A DNA stretch of 62,475 bases, filler included, from Hausera hauseri (lineage: Eukaryota): the NCBI GenBank assembly GCA_046269625.1. It is 10 parts of 10 records of this genome, joined end to end, with 100 filler letters (N's around TTAATTAATTAA, not from the genome) between each part and the next. Parts side by side here need not be neighbours in the genome. Positions count along the whole stretch, not along the records: positions 10,610 to 16,656 come from JBJURY010148644.1; positions 16,757 to 21,738 come from JBJURY010371593.1; positions 21,839 to 25,919 come from JBJURY010773316.1; 7 more parts are not named here. One strand, given 5' to 3'. A program made the position numbers and the translations under genes. The notes below the pieces were generated by a model, which was given only the letters and a program-made list of their open reading frames with translations, had not been told where the DNA came from and searched no databases. This document shows, in pieces, positions 12,694 to 26,019 of this stretch (its first letter is position 1; every line of letters starts with the position of its first letter).

Positions 12694-15484
12694 ATTGTTG
12701 GTGTACAGGGGCCTTGTGATGACCTTAAATCGTACGGTACATGTATAAAAGTTTTCTTTCTCTCTGAAGGTGAGTCCGGTGGTGGTTCGGTTACAAGTAA
12801 CCTGCACCTATTCCCATTGTCCTAATTACTATATTCCACTTTCCACAATCCTTCGTGGTGAACTCTGTACACGTTCTTATTATCTTACTTAATTCTCCTG
12901 GGCATCCTTTCTCATCCTTTATCCTATTAAAATTCGTTCCTTCCATATCCAAATTCATTGATTGCTTCAACACTATCAACACTAATTCATACGTTTATTA
13001 TCCTCTATCTTTATTGATGGCTAAGATTTATTATTCTTCAAGTTGTATATAAAGTATTATATATCCGAATGTATACCTTCCTAAATTATTTGACATAATA
13101 CATCGTGACACTTTATACCATAGATTATTCACTGTCATTATCTTCACTACTGAGAGTTCATTCTTCATATTTGATCATCCTCCTGACTTTTAGGTCATAG
13201 CCGAATTTTGCAGGGTATGTCTAATATGTTTACTTGCATCATATATTTATTACACCGTGAATTATTGTTCCTTTCTTATGCTCTTATTTTTGCTTTTAAT
13301 CTCAGTTCTGTTTCTTGTAATCCTTCGCTGCGAACTCTAGTTCTTACCTTGTTATATTACCCAACAAATTATTTAATCACTTTATTGTTCTATTAGTATA
13401 CATCTCCCTTATTATTATTGTAAAACTTATTCACTTCTCAAAAAATATATATGATACAACCTTAGTGCATATGTTTACTATTAACCTATGGTCAATGACA
13501 GAAATCTATATATATCCCATCAACAACATGTAATATAGTCTTCATTTTTTCAAATGGTCGTGATTTAGTCTCAATCATCATGGGTTTCGTTACAACCTTT
13601 GAACATCCGCCAACCTTTATAAATATAACAACTTTTACTATTTTATACCGTTTACGGTCATAACCATTAGTTATTCATCTAAATCATCTGATCCGTTGTC
13701 GGTTCTACGGTTTCTTATCTGTTTCCTGTCCTAAAAGGTAGTATTATCCAAGTTGAGTCCTCTTGAGTTGAGCGTTCGATTAAATTCGCTCTTACTTCAT
13801 GATATATTAAATGGCTATATATACTATCGTATGTAGAGAAAATAAGACGAAACAACAAAATTTAAAATAGATTCCGATATTCCTTCTCGGACATGTTTTA
13901 CTATGGAGGAGTCTTCCTCTCAGATATTTCTAAAATTATAATAGAATTAACTTAACCGATCATTTTCTAAGAAACGTTAATAGAATCACACGCTATTATA
14001 AATGACGACCATCAATAAATATTTTTGGATCAACTTTCGATCATTCGTCTCTATCAAATCATAATGCTCAGAATCATTCATCTTCAAAGAACTAAAAATT
14101 ATTCATCCGATAATCGGTGACCTATGTTTACTTACTCGTGTACGAATTTTGACTTAACAAGTCCACGACACACTAGTTCGACATACCATAATGACAAATT
14201 ATCAGATGAATATGATTCAAATGCTGATTAGAAAAAATGAGAAGATAATGTACATTGGGTAGAGAGAACTGTTTCTTTATTGTTTCGTTTGCTAAAGTCT
14301 CTTAATGTTATTAATCTAAACAAAAATATGGAATTGTATACCATTTCTCAGTCAATCCCAACATTCTAATTTATAAATGTTTTAGTTAAAATAAAAAATG
14401 TGTAAGACTGTACTGTGTTTATCTAATAGATAAAACATTAAAACCGAAACTTATTGATGCTTATAAGAGAGTTCAGCAGCATAATTTATCATATTCATGG
14501 ACATTTGTCTAAAAAGCCATTACAATTATATTGTTATGCATTTGCAACCTCAGATAAAACAAGATCTGCTAAACTTCCACCTTCTCCTAATCTTAAGCGT
14601 GGCTTAATAGAGTTTTGATTTTTGAAAAGGCATTTTTGATGGGATTAAGCATATAGGAATATGGAGACAAGAATTTGTACTCAAATACAAAACTAGATGC
14701 AATTCTTCTAATATCCTCTAACTTACCTAAAGTTGTGTTCATAAATACATTCTTAAATAGCTGTGAAAGTCAGTCAGAGAATAGATTTGCATTAACTGTA
14801 GAATTTGAGATTACTTTTGAATAGCTCATTCTACTAACAGACATGCTTGGTATTAAAGATAAAACAGCCTCTTACAGTAGGAATTCTGAAATTTGCCCTT
14901 GTTCCTCTTCCAGATCTTGCTTGAGTCCTTTGAAGATATAGGTTAAAAGAGGATTCATAGACAAAAACAACTCGGACATAATAATCTAGAAACCTATTAT
15001 TAAATCAGAGTGCATAATCCTTTCTATTAGACATTTGCTTTGGAAGATTAACTTCTTCCAACTCTCTATGATAGAGAATTCATTTCGATGTGATATTTCA
15101 CGCTTACTTTTTACTTCCTTTAAAGTAATATAGGGTATTTCAGAAACAGTATCTTCTATCTCTGATTCAATTTCAGGTAGAAGTAGTCTTCGTTTATTGG
15201 ATGTTGGGTGAATGGCAAATTTTTCTTAGTTGACATAAAGCAGGAAAAAAAAGAAACTTCGCCGACATTTTGGGGTGTTGCAATCAATCCCCAGCATATG
15301 AGAGTTGCAACACCCCGGATTTTGCAATGTTTGGAAGAATGGGATATATAAAAATCTGGGCCAACAAAAACTGCATTCTGTATCCTCTCCAAAAGGAAAT
15401 AATAATATCAACGATTTGATAACGTTACAAGAATATAGAAATTAAAAACGACAGTTAAAATGAAATTACTGTTGCCGAATTTAA

Positions 15485-16555
15485 CTAAATTGATAAGAAA
15501 AAAATGACAATGAATGGTTTGTTTTTTTTCATGGCTTTTTCTTCTATATTAATGCCGCTTGCTACCGCCACCCCATTTGCCAGGGCTTCTTCTAGCGTAG
15601 CCCCTTTTACTATCTTGGTAATAGCGGAGTGCTTCTTTGGCTGCTCTTCTACAAAGGCTTCTTCGGCGATCTCCTCTACCACGGCTTTGCCAGCTTCCTC
15701 GGACTCCTCTGCATCTTCTTCCGCTTCATCCGGCAGCGCCCGGCTGACCGCTTCTGATACGGATTCCAGTTCTGCTTCATTCAGCGGCGTATCGCCTTCG
15801 ACCTCTTCCGGCTCCTTTTCTGCTTCCTCTTCATCAGTTTTGGCTTTTTCTGCCACAGCCTTGACTGCCGCCGCTGCTGAATCTGCCGCAACTGCAGCGC
15901 GCCTTGCCGCCTGGCTCTTAACGGCAGCCGCCTTCTTCGGCGCTCCCGGACGATTGTCATACTTCTCCTGCTGAAGCGGTGTCAGCGGCTTATACTTCAT
16001 CTTAAGTTCCATCGCCTGATAGACATACTTGCCTTCACTGAACCAAAGGATCAGGTCATCGCATTCTTCCAGACACTCTGCAGTCATGCCCGCCTCATGA
16101 TACAGCTTCGCCAGCTCATACGCCCATTTTTCGACATACTCGGCTTTCTTAAAGTCTTCCAGCGCTGTGATCTGCTCTGTAAGCGGCGCGCCCTGCGCCT
16201 TCAATATCTTATACTTTAATATAAACTGGTTCGGATCTTTCGGAGCCAGTTTTACAAACTCTTCATAACAGTCTGATGCTTCCTCTATATCATCAATCTT
16301 CAATGCCAGCGTTCCCAGCCGGTATACAATCTTCCTGCTCCCGGGGGAACGGTCAAATGCAACGAATAAAATATCCCTGCTCTTCTGGAATTCTCCATTG
16401 TACTCATATATCTCGCTGACCGTATTCAGCATTGATGCATTTTTTACCCTTCGCCAGTCTATAGTATCTGCTATCTCCATAGCCTTTTTATACTGCTTTT
16501 GCTCCATGTGCTCGAGCATCTGCTCTGTCTTTACCCTATATTCATATTTATCCAA
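15485..16555 (-). CDS. Bacterial (Lachnospiraceae/Clostridia-type) TPR-like protein, 3'-truncated at a chimeric junction near 15530
   Basis: Intact ORF, much higher GC than its flanks; MDKYEYRVKTEQM...ADTIDWRRVKN...ECDDLILWFSEGKYVYQAMELK; GAGGTG Shine-Dalgarno 6 nt upstream of TTG at 16555. Confidence 0.85.
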   Translation of the reverse strand: MDKYEYRVKTEQMLEHMEQKQYKKAMEIADTIDWRRVKNASMLNTVSEIYEYNGEFQKSRDILFVAFDRSPGSRKIVYRLGTLALKIDDIEEASDCYEEFVKLAPKDPNQFILKYKILKAQGAPLTEQITALEDFKKAEYVEKWAYELAKLYHEAGMTAECLEECDDLILWFSEGKYVYQAMELKMKYKPLTPLQQEKYDNRPGAPKKAAAVKSQAARRAAVAADSAAAAVKAVAEKAKTDEEEAEKEPEEVEGDTPLNEAELESVSEAVSRALPDEAEEDAEESEEAGKAVVEEIAEEAFVEEQPKKHSAITKIVKGATLEEALANGVAVASGINIEEKAMKKNKPFIVIFFLSI

Positions 16556-16615
16556 ATCGCTCACCTCAAATTATTTATTCAAAAACTGATGTTATCTTAC
16601 ATTTTTACTTATATA

Positions 16616-16644
16616 AGTTTAGCATAAGGCATGGCTATTGTCAA
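16616..16644 (-). promoter_or_regulatory. Bacterial sigma-70/sigma-A promoter
   Basis: TTGACA - 17 nt - TAAACT with an extended -10 TG, upstream of the TPR-like gene. Confidence 0.8.
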
Positions 16645-16756
16645 AATATACGAACANNNNNNNNNNNNNNNNNNNNNNNNNNNNNNNNNNNNNNNNNNNN
16701 TTAATTAATTAANNNNNNNNNNNNNNNNNNNNNNNNNNNNNNNNNNNNNNNNNNNN

Positions 16757-17110
16757 GATCATTGTAATATTAGTTCTCTAGCCTTGTCTCGAGGAATTGA
16801 CTATAGGGATAGATATAGAGTAGACTTTGAAAAAAATGATTTTACTGAGGCATATTATCGGTCCATAATACTAAACATGGGACGTGAATAAAAATATGAA
16901 TAACGTCGTCATCATGGATGAATTCAAAGGAAAGTACCCCTTTTTTACATTTGTCTTGGCACCGTACTTTAATGTTTATCGGCCACAAAAGCCATGAACA
17001 GGCAATTTGAAATTAGATTTAATATTCCGCAAGGCATTAGAAAATGCAGTTGCAATGTATGTATATAGAGTTTTCGATAGTGAAATACAAATTCGAAAGA
17101 TGGATTAATT
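16757..17110 (+). pseudogene. Polinton major capsid protein C-terminal remnant
   Basis: VDFEKNDFTEAY...EFKGKYPFFTFVLAP...TGNLKLDLIFRKALENAVAMYVYRVFDSEIQI. Confidence 0.65.
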
Positions 17111-17199
17111 ACGGCATAAACAGTACCAGTAATTGTTGTTGGATATTGATATGAAGTAAATTTTTATGGAATTATAAATTTTATACATGTAGTACATTT

Positions 17200-17570
17200 C
17201 AGATTGAAGAGGCCTTGGCAGACTCCGAAATTTCTGTGGAGTATATCCTTTGGATAAAGTTCCAGACTATGTACACAATGGAGGATATGCGATTAATACA
17301 CATTCTGCTAATTTACCCAGAGAAAATTGGATTGAAATACATGTTTCGCCAGATCGTATTGAAGTGTTTGATCCATTGGGCATGTATTACCGATCAGCCT
17401 TAGTGACGAAATTGGACGTATGCGGCAGCCTGTCACATACAATGACATTATGTATCAACATCCATTGACGTTTCTATTCGGTAATTATTATGTGGACTGG
17501 GTTAGACGTCCGTGTATATAAAATTGTTATAAACGTTGTTGTTGTGTTAATAAATGTTTTGTTGAAATAA
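17200..17570 (+). pseudogene. Polinton adenain-like cysteine protease remnant
   Basis: YAINTHSANLPRENW...IEVFDPLG...YQHP; catalytic His and Cys appear lost. Confidence 0.65.
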
Positions 17571-18054
17571 TGTCTGTCTTGTTTATTGACTTGGAGAGAT
17601 TTGTGGATAATAGTGATGGATGCATGATTAAGGAGTTGTGTATAATGCCCGTGGATGACATGTTTAATCAACTACATTATGTATTTGAGTAAGCTAATTT
17701 AGTATTGCTAAGGTAATTTAGTCAATTAGTTCCCAAATACATTGTTGTTCAAACAAGGCTCAAATTAAAAATTCCTATCTTACTCAACATGGGATGAATG
17801 CAATATAAAGTTTTGCAAAGACTGTTTAATGCAAGATATTGAATCGATTTTCGATATACGTGAAGCCTTGTTCTCTCAGGGATAGAGATTATAGGCGAAA
17901 AAAGAATTTTATCAATTCTACGTTACCAGATTTGAAATTATGCATTTATAAATGCGGGAATTTAATGACTATTCCGAAGAACATTACTTGTATTTTTCGT
18001 GAAGATGCTTCACATTGTTTAGCGTTTTGTCAAAGTTATATTGATTTAAAATAA
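17570..18054 (+). pseudogene. Polinton accessory DEDD exonuclease-like ORF remnant
   Basis: FIDLERFVDNSDGCMIKELCI; its C-terminus KNITCIF...HCLAFCQSY recurs at ~62310-62400 (minus strand). Confidence 0.5.
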
Positions 18055-18117
18055 ATGCTGTTTTTTACTTGAACTCAATAGAATTTCGTAACAAAAAATT
18101 TATTAAAAATAACAAAA

Positions 18118-18405
18118 TTACATAACTGTTGCATCACTGTCAGTATCACCATCACTGTCGGTAAGCCATACATTGTCACTAATATTCATTTTCACTATGC
18201 ACCGCACAATTGTCACAAAAATCATTTCATTGTCGACGTCTTGCACGACAACATAATCACATTCTGTCCTGCACGTGAGGCAGCACATTTTGCGACGTAA
18301 CCATTCCTTCAGGCAGTCGATGCAAAATGTTTGCTTCTCGCAACTCGCCATCCTTATGTTTTTCCTCGTAATGTCTTCCAGACAAATTGCTCACACGCTG
18401 ACCAT
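18118..18405 (-). pseudogene. RING-finger ORF (first Cys codon mutated to TGA)
   Basis: MVSV*AICLEDI...CEKQTFCIDCLKEWLRRKMCCLTCR. Confidence 0.7.
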
Positions 18406-18674
18406 TCGGATTTTGAAATTATGAAATGTTACAAGTAATGAAGCACTGCATCGATTATTGATTATTAGGCGTATGTGTGTAAATTACTTGGCCTTATATG
18501 CTCTTTAGTTATTTTTACTTGACCTTAACCTATATAATATTAATTAGTTTTAATTGGCCTTACTCCACCAGCCCCACGTTACTTTATCAAAAGCTGGAGA
18601 CAATTTTCATAACAAATATTTATTGACATAAAAATCCAACTCATGTCAAATAAGTACAATAACAATGTGCATAT

Positions 18675-20150
18675 TTACATAAGTGCAGCATGTCCATGAG
18701 GCAACGCGCTGATTCCGTCTTCAAGAATGTGCCTCTTGTCATCGAACCAGTCGAGGCTTTTCTTCCGCAGCGAAACCGTAGCAATCTGATGTTCTCGGAA
18801 CTGGATCCTCTTCATCTCACTGACTATATGAATTTGTTCCCTCAACACTCTGTCAAAATCTGCAAATCTTATGTTTTTGACTAGTGTGGTCCTTTGAACT
18901 CCCCTGGCCCGCTTCTTTACCTGGCCACATACATCGATGGCGTACATTTTGATCTCAACGCTACGAAACGGGTGATGATCTTTCCATTTACCTCGTCTTT
19001 AAACTTCCTGGGGACTTCTTATTGGCGGTTGAATAACTTGGATGCTCCTTAGGATAGTCCGAGGTATTCATGTGCTGTGCCAATTGAGCAAAGTCCGCAA
19101 ACAGATCTTCCGTATGGATCTGATACATTAATAAATAAGAATCAATGTACATCAGCTACAGATCCTTGAACTTGGGAACCATGATGTTGTAATGAAAATC
19201 ATACATCAGGGTCTTTGACAAGTCCAGGATTGACATATCGACATAGATCGGCTTGTTAAACTCCAGGGATGTCTTCAGCATATGTATGCTCACAAGGTTT
19301 TCTGCCTATATTGTACTGGAATGGAAGTAGGGCTTGGAAATGAGCTCCTTTGCCCTCTTCCAGTCGCACACCAACTGGATATTTGTCCTGTTACGCATGT
19401 TTTCCATCGTTCTGCCTAAGACCGAGTTATTATACAACTTGAATTAATCCTTTTCGAAGCAATTTTTAATATTGGCCCTGAGTTGCGTGTTGAAGTCTAT
19501 GTAGGGTTGCAACCACATAGACTGGCCAAGTGAAAGGGCTCAATGAATCCCTGTAACTTTGACACCATTCCTCATAGCCTGCTGGAGATTTATATAGTGG
19601 GCTACATACTTCTCCCGATCATCCAAGTGACAAAGCAACTTTTTGTGTTTTCTATTTGGTAGTTGTTTGTTCTCGGGAAGAAAAGGCAGTTGTTTATGCA
19701 TTGAATAGATGCATGTATTCTCCATCACATACAGCCTCACATCCTCGGCAAATAAAATATTGGATCCTATTGAATTTGTACCCATAATAGCTNNNNNNNN
19801 NNTGTTGTGTATTGCACATATGCAATACACGTATGAATTGCATCTTTGATTTGGATTAGGCATTGAAGTAATTATTGGCATAGTGGTATTGATTATTTGT
19901 TTTTCGACTTGGGGAAGGAAATCAGGTGTTGTTTATGGGCATTATAAAAGTCTTCATATTTGGTCTGACACAATACCTCACATGTAAGGCATATATAATA
20001 CTCAGTCCTGCTGTATATATAGCTAAAGTATTTCTGCATAATGTTGTTGCAATTTTCAGGCCCGTAGATTTGAGCCAAGCATTCTTTGTATAGATTGTAC
20101 ATCTAAAAATCAACCTATTATTTGAGAAGCACAAATAAAAATCTCACCAT
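18675..20150 (-). pseudogene. Protein-primed DNA polymerase B remnant (internally deleted)
   Basis: KKRARGVQ...SLDWFDDKRHIL...LPHGH; QLPFLPENK...KKLLCHLDDREKYVAHYINLQQA. Confidence 0.85.
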
Positions 20151-23100
20151 TCATGTAAGTAATTTTGTAAATAATGAAACATCTAGCCATATCAACGCAT
20201 ACTGCCTCATTTATGGGTTTTTAAAATTTTGAATTTTCGAACATCCCAGACCACATTGTTTTAATGCATCAAATAAATTAAATGCACTTGCGTGCCAAAC
20301 AGGTTTTCATGTAACCTATTGGAATGATCAGATTGTTCCAATAATGCATGCTTAGACGAATATTATCGAACTTTTCAATGTTTTATTGATTTCGAGACAC
20401 TTGTAAATACTTTGAACATCCTATTTTTGGTCTACAAAGGTTTTCGGATAAGGGGAATCCGATGGTACTATTTGAATATTCGAATTCGATAGAAAAGTCG
20501 GCTTTCTATTTAAGCCTCTTTTGGAATATCTGACATCATATTCGGATTCTCCATATGTGGGTTTCTATTCCTCTAAGCTTTCATATTTTTTGATTTTTGC
20601 TTCTATTTGAATAGAAAATCAATTATTCGAAAAGTTCGACTTGTCTTCGAGTTTTCGAATATCTGACATCACAATCGGATGGAGCACATGTTAGTTTCTA
20701 TGTGTGTACGCTGTTATACTTTTCGATTTCCACTTGTTTGTGTGCTAAATTCAACTTTAAAGGTTTTATCGAAAAACAGTTATTATTGATTAAAGCACAC
20801 TTGCACATGTGCGACACATCTGCAAAGTGATATATAGATGCATTAAGACATGGGGAATCAACTGACTCTCTCAGATTTTTCAAAAACTTTATGGGCGGCA
20901 AGACACTCGATACTATTTGATGAAAACCGATATTTATTCGAGTTGTGCACCGAATTTCGGAAATCTGAGATGGAAGACCCGGGTTACAATGTGGCAATTC
21001 ATGTCTGTTTCCGCTTAAACATTTATCGAATTTTGCTTCTTTAGGGCCTAAAACACCTATGCAGGTTCTCCTTCAGTTAAACTTGGCACTCACACTATTC
21101 AAAAACTATTCGAACCATTTAAATTCTCAGTGCACAGTGTTGTAGCCAATCAAAAATTCTTTGGAACTGCGCTTTCCAAATGTGCTAATCATCAATATTT
21201 GAGTGATCGGAAATCCGATATTATTGATTTTTGCACACTTGCACATGTGCAGCACGTTTGCACTATGCACTAATCGATGGGCCTCGAGTGCACTATCGAT
21301 TAGCACTTTATCCAGATTAATTCCAATCAATACTGCACCGTGCAGCGATAAATTGTGAAAAGTGCAAAAATGTGCCTAGCAGCGGTGCCATTGAGTGCTT
21401 TAACAATCAGATTACGTATGCGTGTATAGTTATTTTAATCTATTTTACCAATAGTTGCATGTAAATTATCCAAAGTTCAAATATTGGCTGAATTATGTAC
21501 TCACGCCTTTATATACACAAGCTGAGCACAACTCATCACTCACAAAACTCAGCTCATTACTCATAAAGCACTGCCAGAAAACAAACTGTACTTAAATAAG
21601 CTTCCTGTAACCGATCTAAGAGCTAGATTGATTCAAATCAGATATCGAATGATAGAGCTCGGAAAATACGACTACAATGCCGGAAAAATCAGTCCGATAC
21701 ATGGATGGATTTGGAGTAATATTCACAACAAAATATTTNNNNNNNNNNNNNNNNNNNNNNNNNNNNNNNNNNNNNNNNNNNNTTAATTAATTAANNNNNN
21801 NNNNNNNNNNNNNNNNNNNNNNNNNNNNNNNNNNNNNNTTGTTGTTGTTGTTAGAAACTAATCTAGAAGATTCTACACGAATTACCCGGTTGTGCCAGGC
21901 TTAGGTTGGTAACAGAGCGTATAGATATCTTGCCGGGAACGTCATCTTTCAAATAAACATATAATTATTTTCTTCGCCGTATCTACTTCTTTCAGTCTGC
22001 CAAGTGCCTTGTTCTAATATTTGTTTATTTCATTGTCTTGACTTGAGCATCGGGTATCACCCTTTATTTACATATCGTTTTATTTGTTTCAGATATTCCG
22101 TCCTCTCCAATTTCCTATGGGTTCAATTCGTTTAACGTACTCACATTTTGCCGTTTTCATCCCATCTGAATTCTGACAATGTTGACTTACAATATTCTAT
22201 GTGATAAGATTCTTTTATAAAATTTGTCATTTCATCTCATGTTCTCTTTAGTCCAGAAGATTTTCACCTGAAGTCTCACCAATTTTTTCCTTCTTGCTAA
22301 CCTTTCTGTTCTCTGTGGATTAGATTGTAGAAATAATGGATCTGATGGTCGATTGTGGAATATCTAATTGTCGGAAAATATTGAATGATTTGGAGTTTGG
22401 ATTATTTTCAAACAGAAGAGAAAAGAAGTTCTAAATGAGTGTGCACAACTGTGTAAAACGTATAAAAGCAACTAGATGGAATTGTGTTACAGAATAAACG
22501 TTCAGAAAAAAAGGCGAAATAACGAGACAATTTTTACCGTTTGCAAAATACAGAACCATTTCTGATGAACCAATGAAAATAACAAAATAACAACAAAATC
22601 AATGGAATTATTGATTTTTCAAGATTTCTCAATACAGAAAAATCTCATAAAAAATGCAAATTCTGAGAGATAAAATATGTACGATTAATTAATTAATTAT
22701 ATTTTCTATGCAATATTTGCAGGAAATAAAATTGATTTAATTAAGTACAACTTGTGTGCAATTTGTGTTTATTAACTTTACTTAAAGAAGAAAATATACT
22801 GAACACTATAATATATTCCAATAACAAATTTTTACCAACAACTAAATAAACAACACAGAAATATAACTTGATAAATACTTACGGACTAAATAAATCAAAA
22901 TACAATTCCTCGAATTTCTCGCTGTTGCTTACTGTTGCCTATTTCGTTCTTACTTTTTTGCGTTTTTTAACTGATTTCTGCTGAACTATTTATATCAGCG
23001 ACACAGCAAATAAATTCAGCGCCGGCGCGAAATAAAAAATTCCAACAAAATTAAATTAGCCGCGCGCAGAATTATCAAATCAAGGTCATCAAAGAGTCTA

Positions 23101-25177
23101 GACATTTTGTACTTTAGCATAATACAACAGAATGTTACAAATTCAGGAAAGTAAAACGTCGCTGCAGAATAATATTGGAATGTTTTCAACAATTATGACA
23201 ACAGCGTTTTAAATTGTGGATAATTTATCAACGGAATAATTTTTGTTGGATTTGAAATTAAGGCAAAAATCACTGCTGATAACTTTGTTCTTTCTTGGAG
23301 TTTTATTTTGTGGTCGATAATGGTGAAATGTCGGATTAATTCTTTCCTTTTTGTTTGTAAAATGGGTGGGTACATTAAAATGGGGCATGAGGAAATTTGT
23401 GAAAGGATGAACTGGTTGTATGAGATGTGTATGACAGTGAGTCATTATTTAGTAGAATTGATTTATGACCGTTGTCATGCGTCAATTATAAGGAAATTGG
23501 AAATGAAGTTCATTTGTTTGCAATTTGCCGGAATGACTTTTGTGTTTTATTGAAATTTTAATGAAACTGTCTGTTTACGTTGTGATTTATGACAACTAGA
23601 GTTGGTTGATGATGATGATGGAATTGTCATTGGTTGGCTGGCTTTGTGGTGTTTGGATGCTTTGCCAGAATTTGGTCAGATTGGCTTGTTCCTTTGGACT
23701 TGTGTTGCATGCATTTGGAACTTCAACCACCTGTGATTACCGGTGATCAAAGGCCTGTTCGTTTTTCATTCCGCGTATGTCACCAACACAAATATAATTC
23801 TATATTCTAAATTGGTAAGTTCGATAGCGCTACGATATAACTGGATGTTATCTGCGCTTAGGAAATTAAAGTTATTGAAAAATGTCTCATCTCAATTATG
23901 ATCAATAAATAGACTTAACCTTGCCATTAATGAGTATAAGTAATTTAGATTGAAATTAATATTGCCGCGGTTCGTTGCCATATCTGTCCAATAGTTACAT
24001 TATATCACCATAAGTATTTATTCCCGACATGCAGACACTTTGTGATAGTTCTGTTGATGAGCTCTATCGGCGGTACGGTAATACAAGATTATCTGCGCCC
24101 AGGTAGGGAACATAATCAATTCGAACAAGTGGAGAAAGTTCGGCAATTCTTATTTCTTTATTTATACGTTAAATATTACCTATAAGGTTCTAATGACGTA
24201 ATGCTTGGTTATGATATCGTTTATTTTGCCCATTGAGAGTCGAGATGAATGATTACTCGATACACTATATTATCCGCCCCAATTCCTGAATTTTCTTCCT
24301 TCCATAGGTCATGTCAGATAGGTCTAAAAGGTAAGGGTATAATTTCTTATGCTAGGTAATTAACAACTAAGGAGATGTGGTCTAATTATGCTTCGGAGAA
24401 TCAACTGTGACTGACTAAATATGACCATGCTATCTTGCACTTAGGTAGGCATCTACTTTTGTTAACCACCATACGATAAACGTGATGTGCTTCGTCTGCA
24501 CTGATAATCAATATCAAGCACTACCTTTTCTTTATCAAGTACTATATATATATGGAGGCCTCAGTGTAACAGAATTTGTGCTAATTCCTTCATTAAGAAT
24601 CTTGCTGATTCTTCGATTTTTTTTATGCATTTGCTGTGCAATTTCAAATCACCCACCAAACTAAATGAATCTGAGAATTTCGGTTAATAGTAGCGTTTAT
24701 TATACATAACTTGGTTTTACCTGCCTTCATTCCATTCCCTGCCCATAGACTTTATAATATGACTCGGTGTAATTCCTGCTACTTAATCGCCCTATTACAA
24801 ATTTGCCGTATATGGAGAATAAAGTATTTTACTCTAATCGGTGTCAGAAGTGCATAAGTCCAGGGCATCTAAACTTATGATTTACCTCTTTATAAGCTCT
24901 TCCTTATTCCTTGGAAATCGACCATTGACACCAATTTTATGATGCAACTATTCCATATTTATTCTCAATGAACGTGTCATAAGATTTTGTTAATATCCAG
25001 CTGCGGCATATCATCATCATTTCAGCACATCATCGTCGAAATTGATTTCAATTTCATTTTCGGAAGTATAAAACCAAACAATCTTCCATGCTTCACTTAT
25101 CATCAGTAGTAACCTCTGGAACACAATCATATTTCTCCTCCATCTTGTTTATAGTGTTTAAGTATATCCTAACAAAT

Positions 25178-25919
25178 ATAGGGTTGCCTCATAAGTTTGA
25201 ATATTATTGTATGAATATTAAAATACAATAAAATATAAAATATTTTATCAATCGTCCACGTCATGCAAATGTGAAAAGTAGTCTCCATTGTGCTCAATAC
25301 ATCTCAGCCAACGTCCAGGGAGGCTGCGTATCCCATTTTGGAAAAAATCATGCGGTTTCATGTCAAACCAACGTAGAAGATCTTCGTTGATATCGTCGAC
25401 ACCGCATAATTCTTTCATCTAAGTGCACATTTCATTGGAGAGAATAGATAGTAGTCAGATGGTGAGAGATCGGGGGAGTATGGTGGATGTGGTAGTACGG
25501 TGAATCCAAGCGCATTCAGCTTGTCCTTGGTCTTAGCAGCCGTATGCGGACGAGCATTATCGTGGAGATAATGAACATTGCGGTTTCCTCCATGGAGCAA
25601 CCGTCTGCGCCTCTGCTGAACGGCGATAATGAGACGATCCAGCTGAGCACAGTAGACATCCGCATTGATTGTAGCATTTGGAGGTAAGACATCTAACAAG
25701 AGCAGTCCTTTACTGTCCCAAAAGACGGAGGCGAGATGCTTTCGGTTTGTCAGTCTTCGTGCCGGTGTTGCAAGTGGGTTTTCATCCGATTTTCTCCATG
25801 ATCTATTGTTGAAAGCGCCTTCGTTGTCCCAGTACACCCATATCTCATCGCAGGTGATGATTTGGGACAGGAAATCATTCCGATGATAACTATCCAATAG
25901 CTGTTGACAAATTCTTTTG
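25178..25919 (-). mobile_element. Mariner (DD34D) transposase 3' half with probable terminal repeat
   Basis: ITCDEIWVY, HDNARPH, HPPYSPDLSPSDYYLF; continues in a shifted frame to GIRSLPGRWLRCIEHNGDYF. Confidence 0.93.
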
Positions 25920-26019
25920 NNNNNNNNNNNNNNNNNNNNNNNNNNNNNNNNNNNNNNNNNNNNTTAATTAATTAANNNNNNNNNNNNNNNNNNNNNNNNN
26001 NNNNNNNNNNNNNNNNNNN

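Larger units (their letters stand above)
16757..21400. mobile_element. Polinton/Maverick (adintovirus-like) element, decayed copy 1
   Basis: Capsid C-terminus, protease, exonuclease-like, RING and pPolB remnants, plus a TTCGAA-rich non-coding flank shared with copy 2. Confidence 0.85.

Noticed and set aside
12700-15150. Possible decayed retroelement coding sequence on the minus strand
   Set aside because: No motif could be read with confidence
15504-15974. 156-aa Ser/Ala-rich plus-strand ORF
   Set aside because: Antisense shadow of the bacterial gene
21839-22330. Possible LINE 3' end with a (CAA)n tail
   Set aside because: Only a short tail at the contig edge; no readable RT motif
23760-25150. 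Possible Helitron/Pif1 helicase remnant on the minus strand (GKT, DEA, QLY-VALS-like traces)
   Set aside because: Needs several assumed frameshifts; too degraded to support without a profile search
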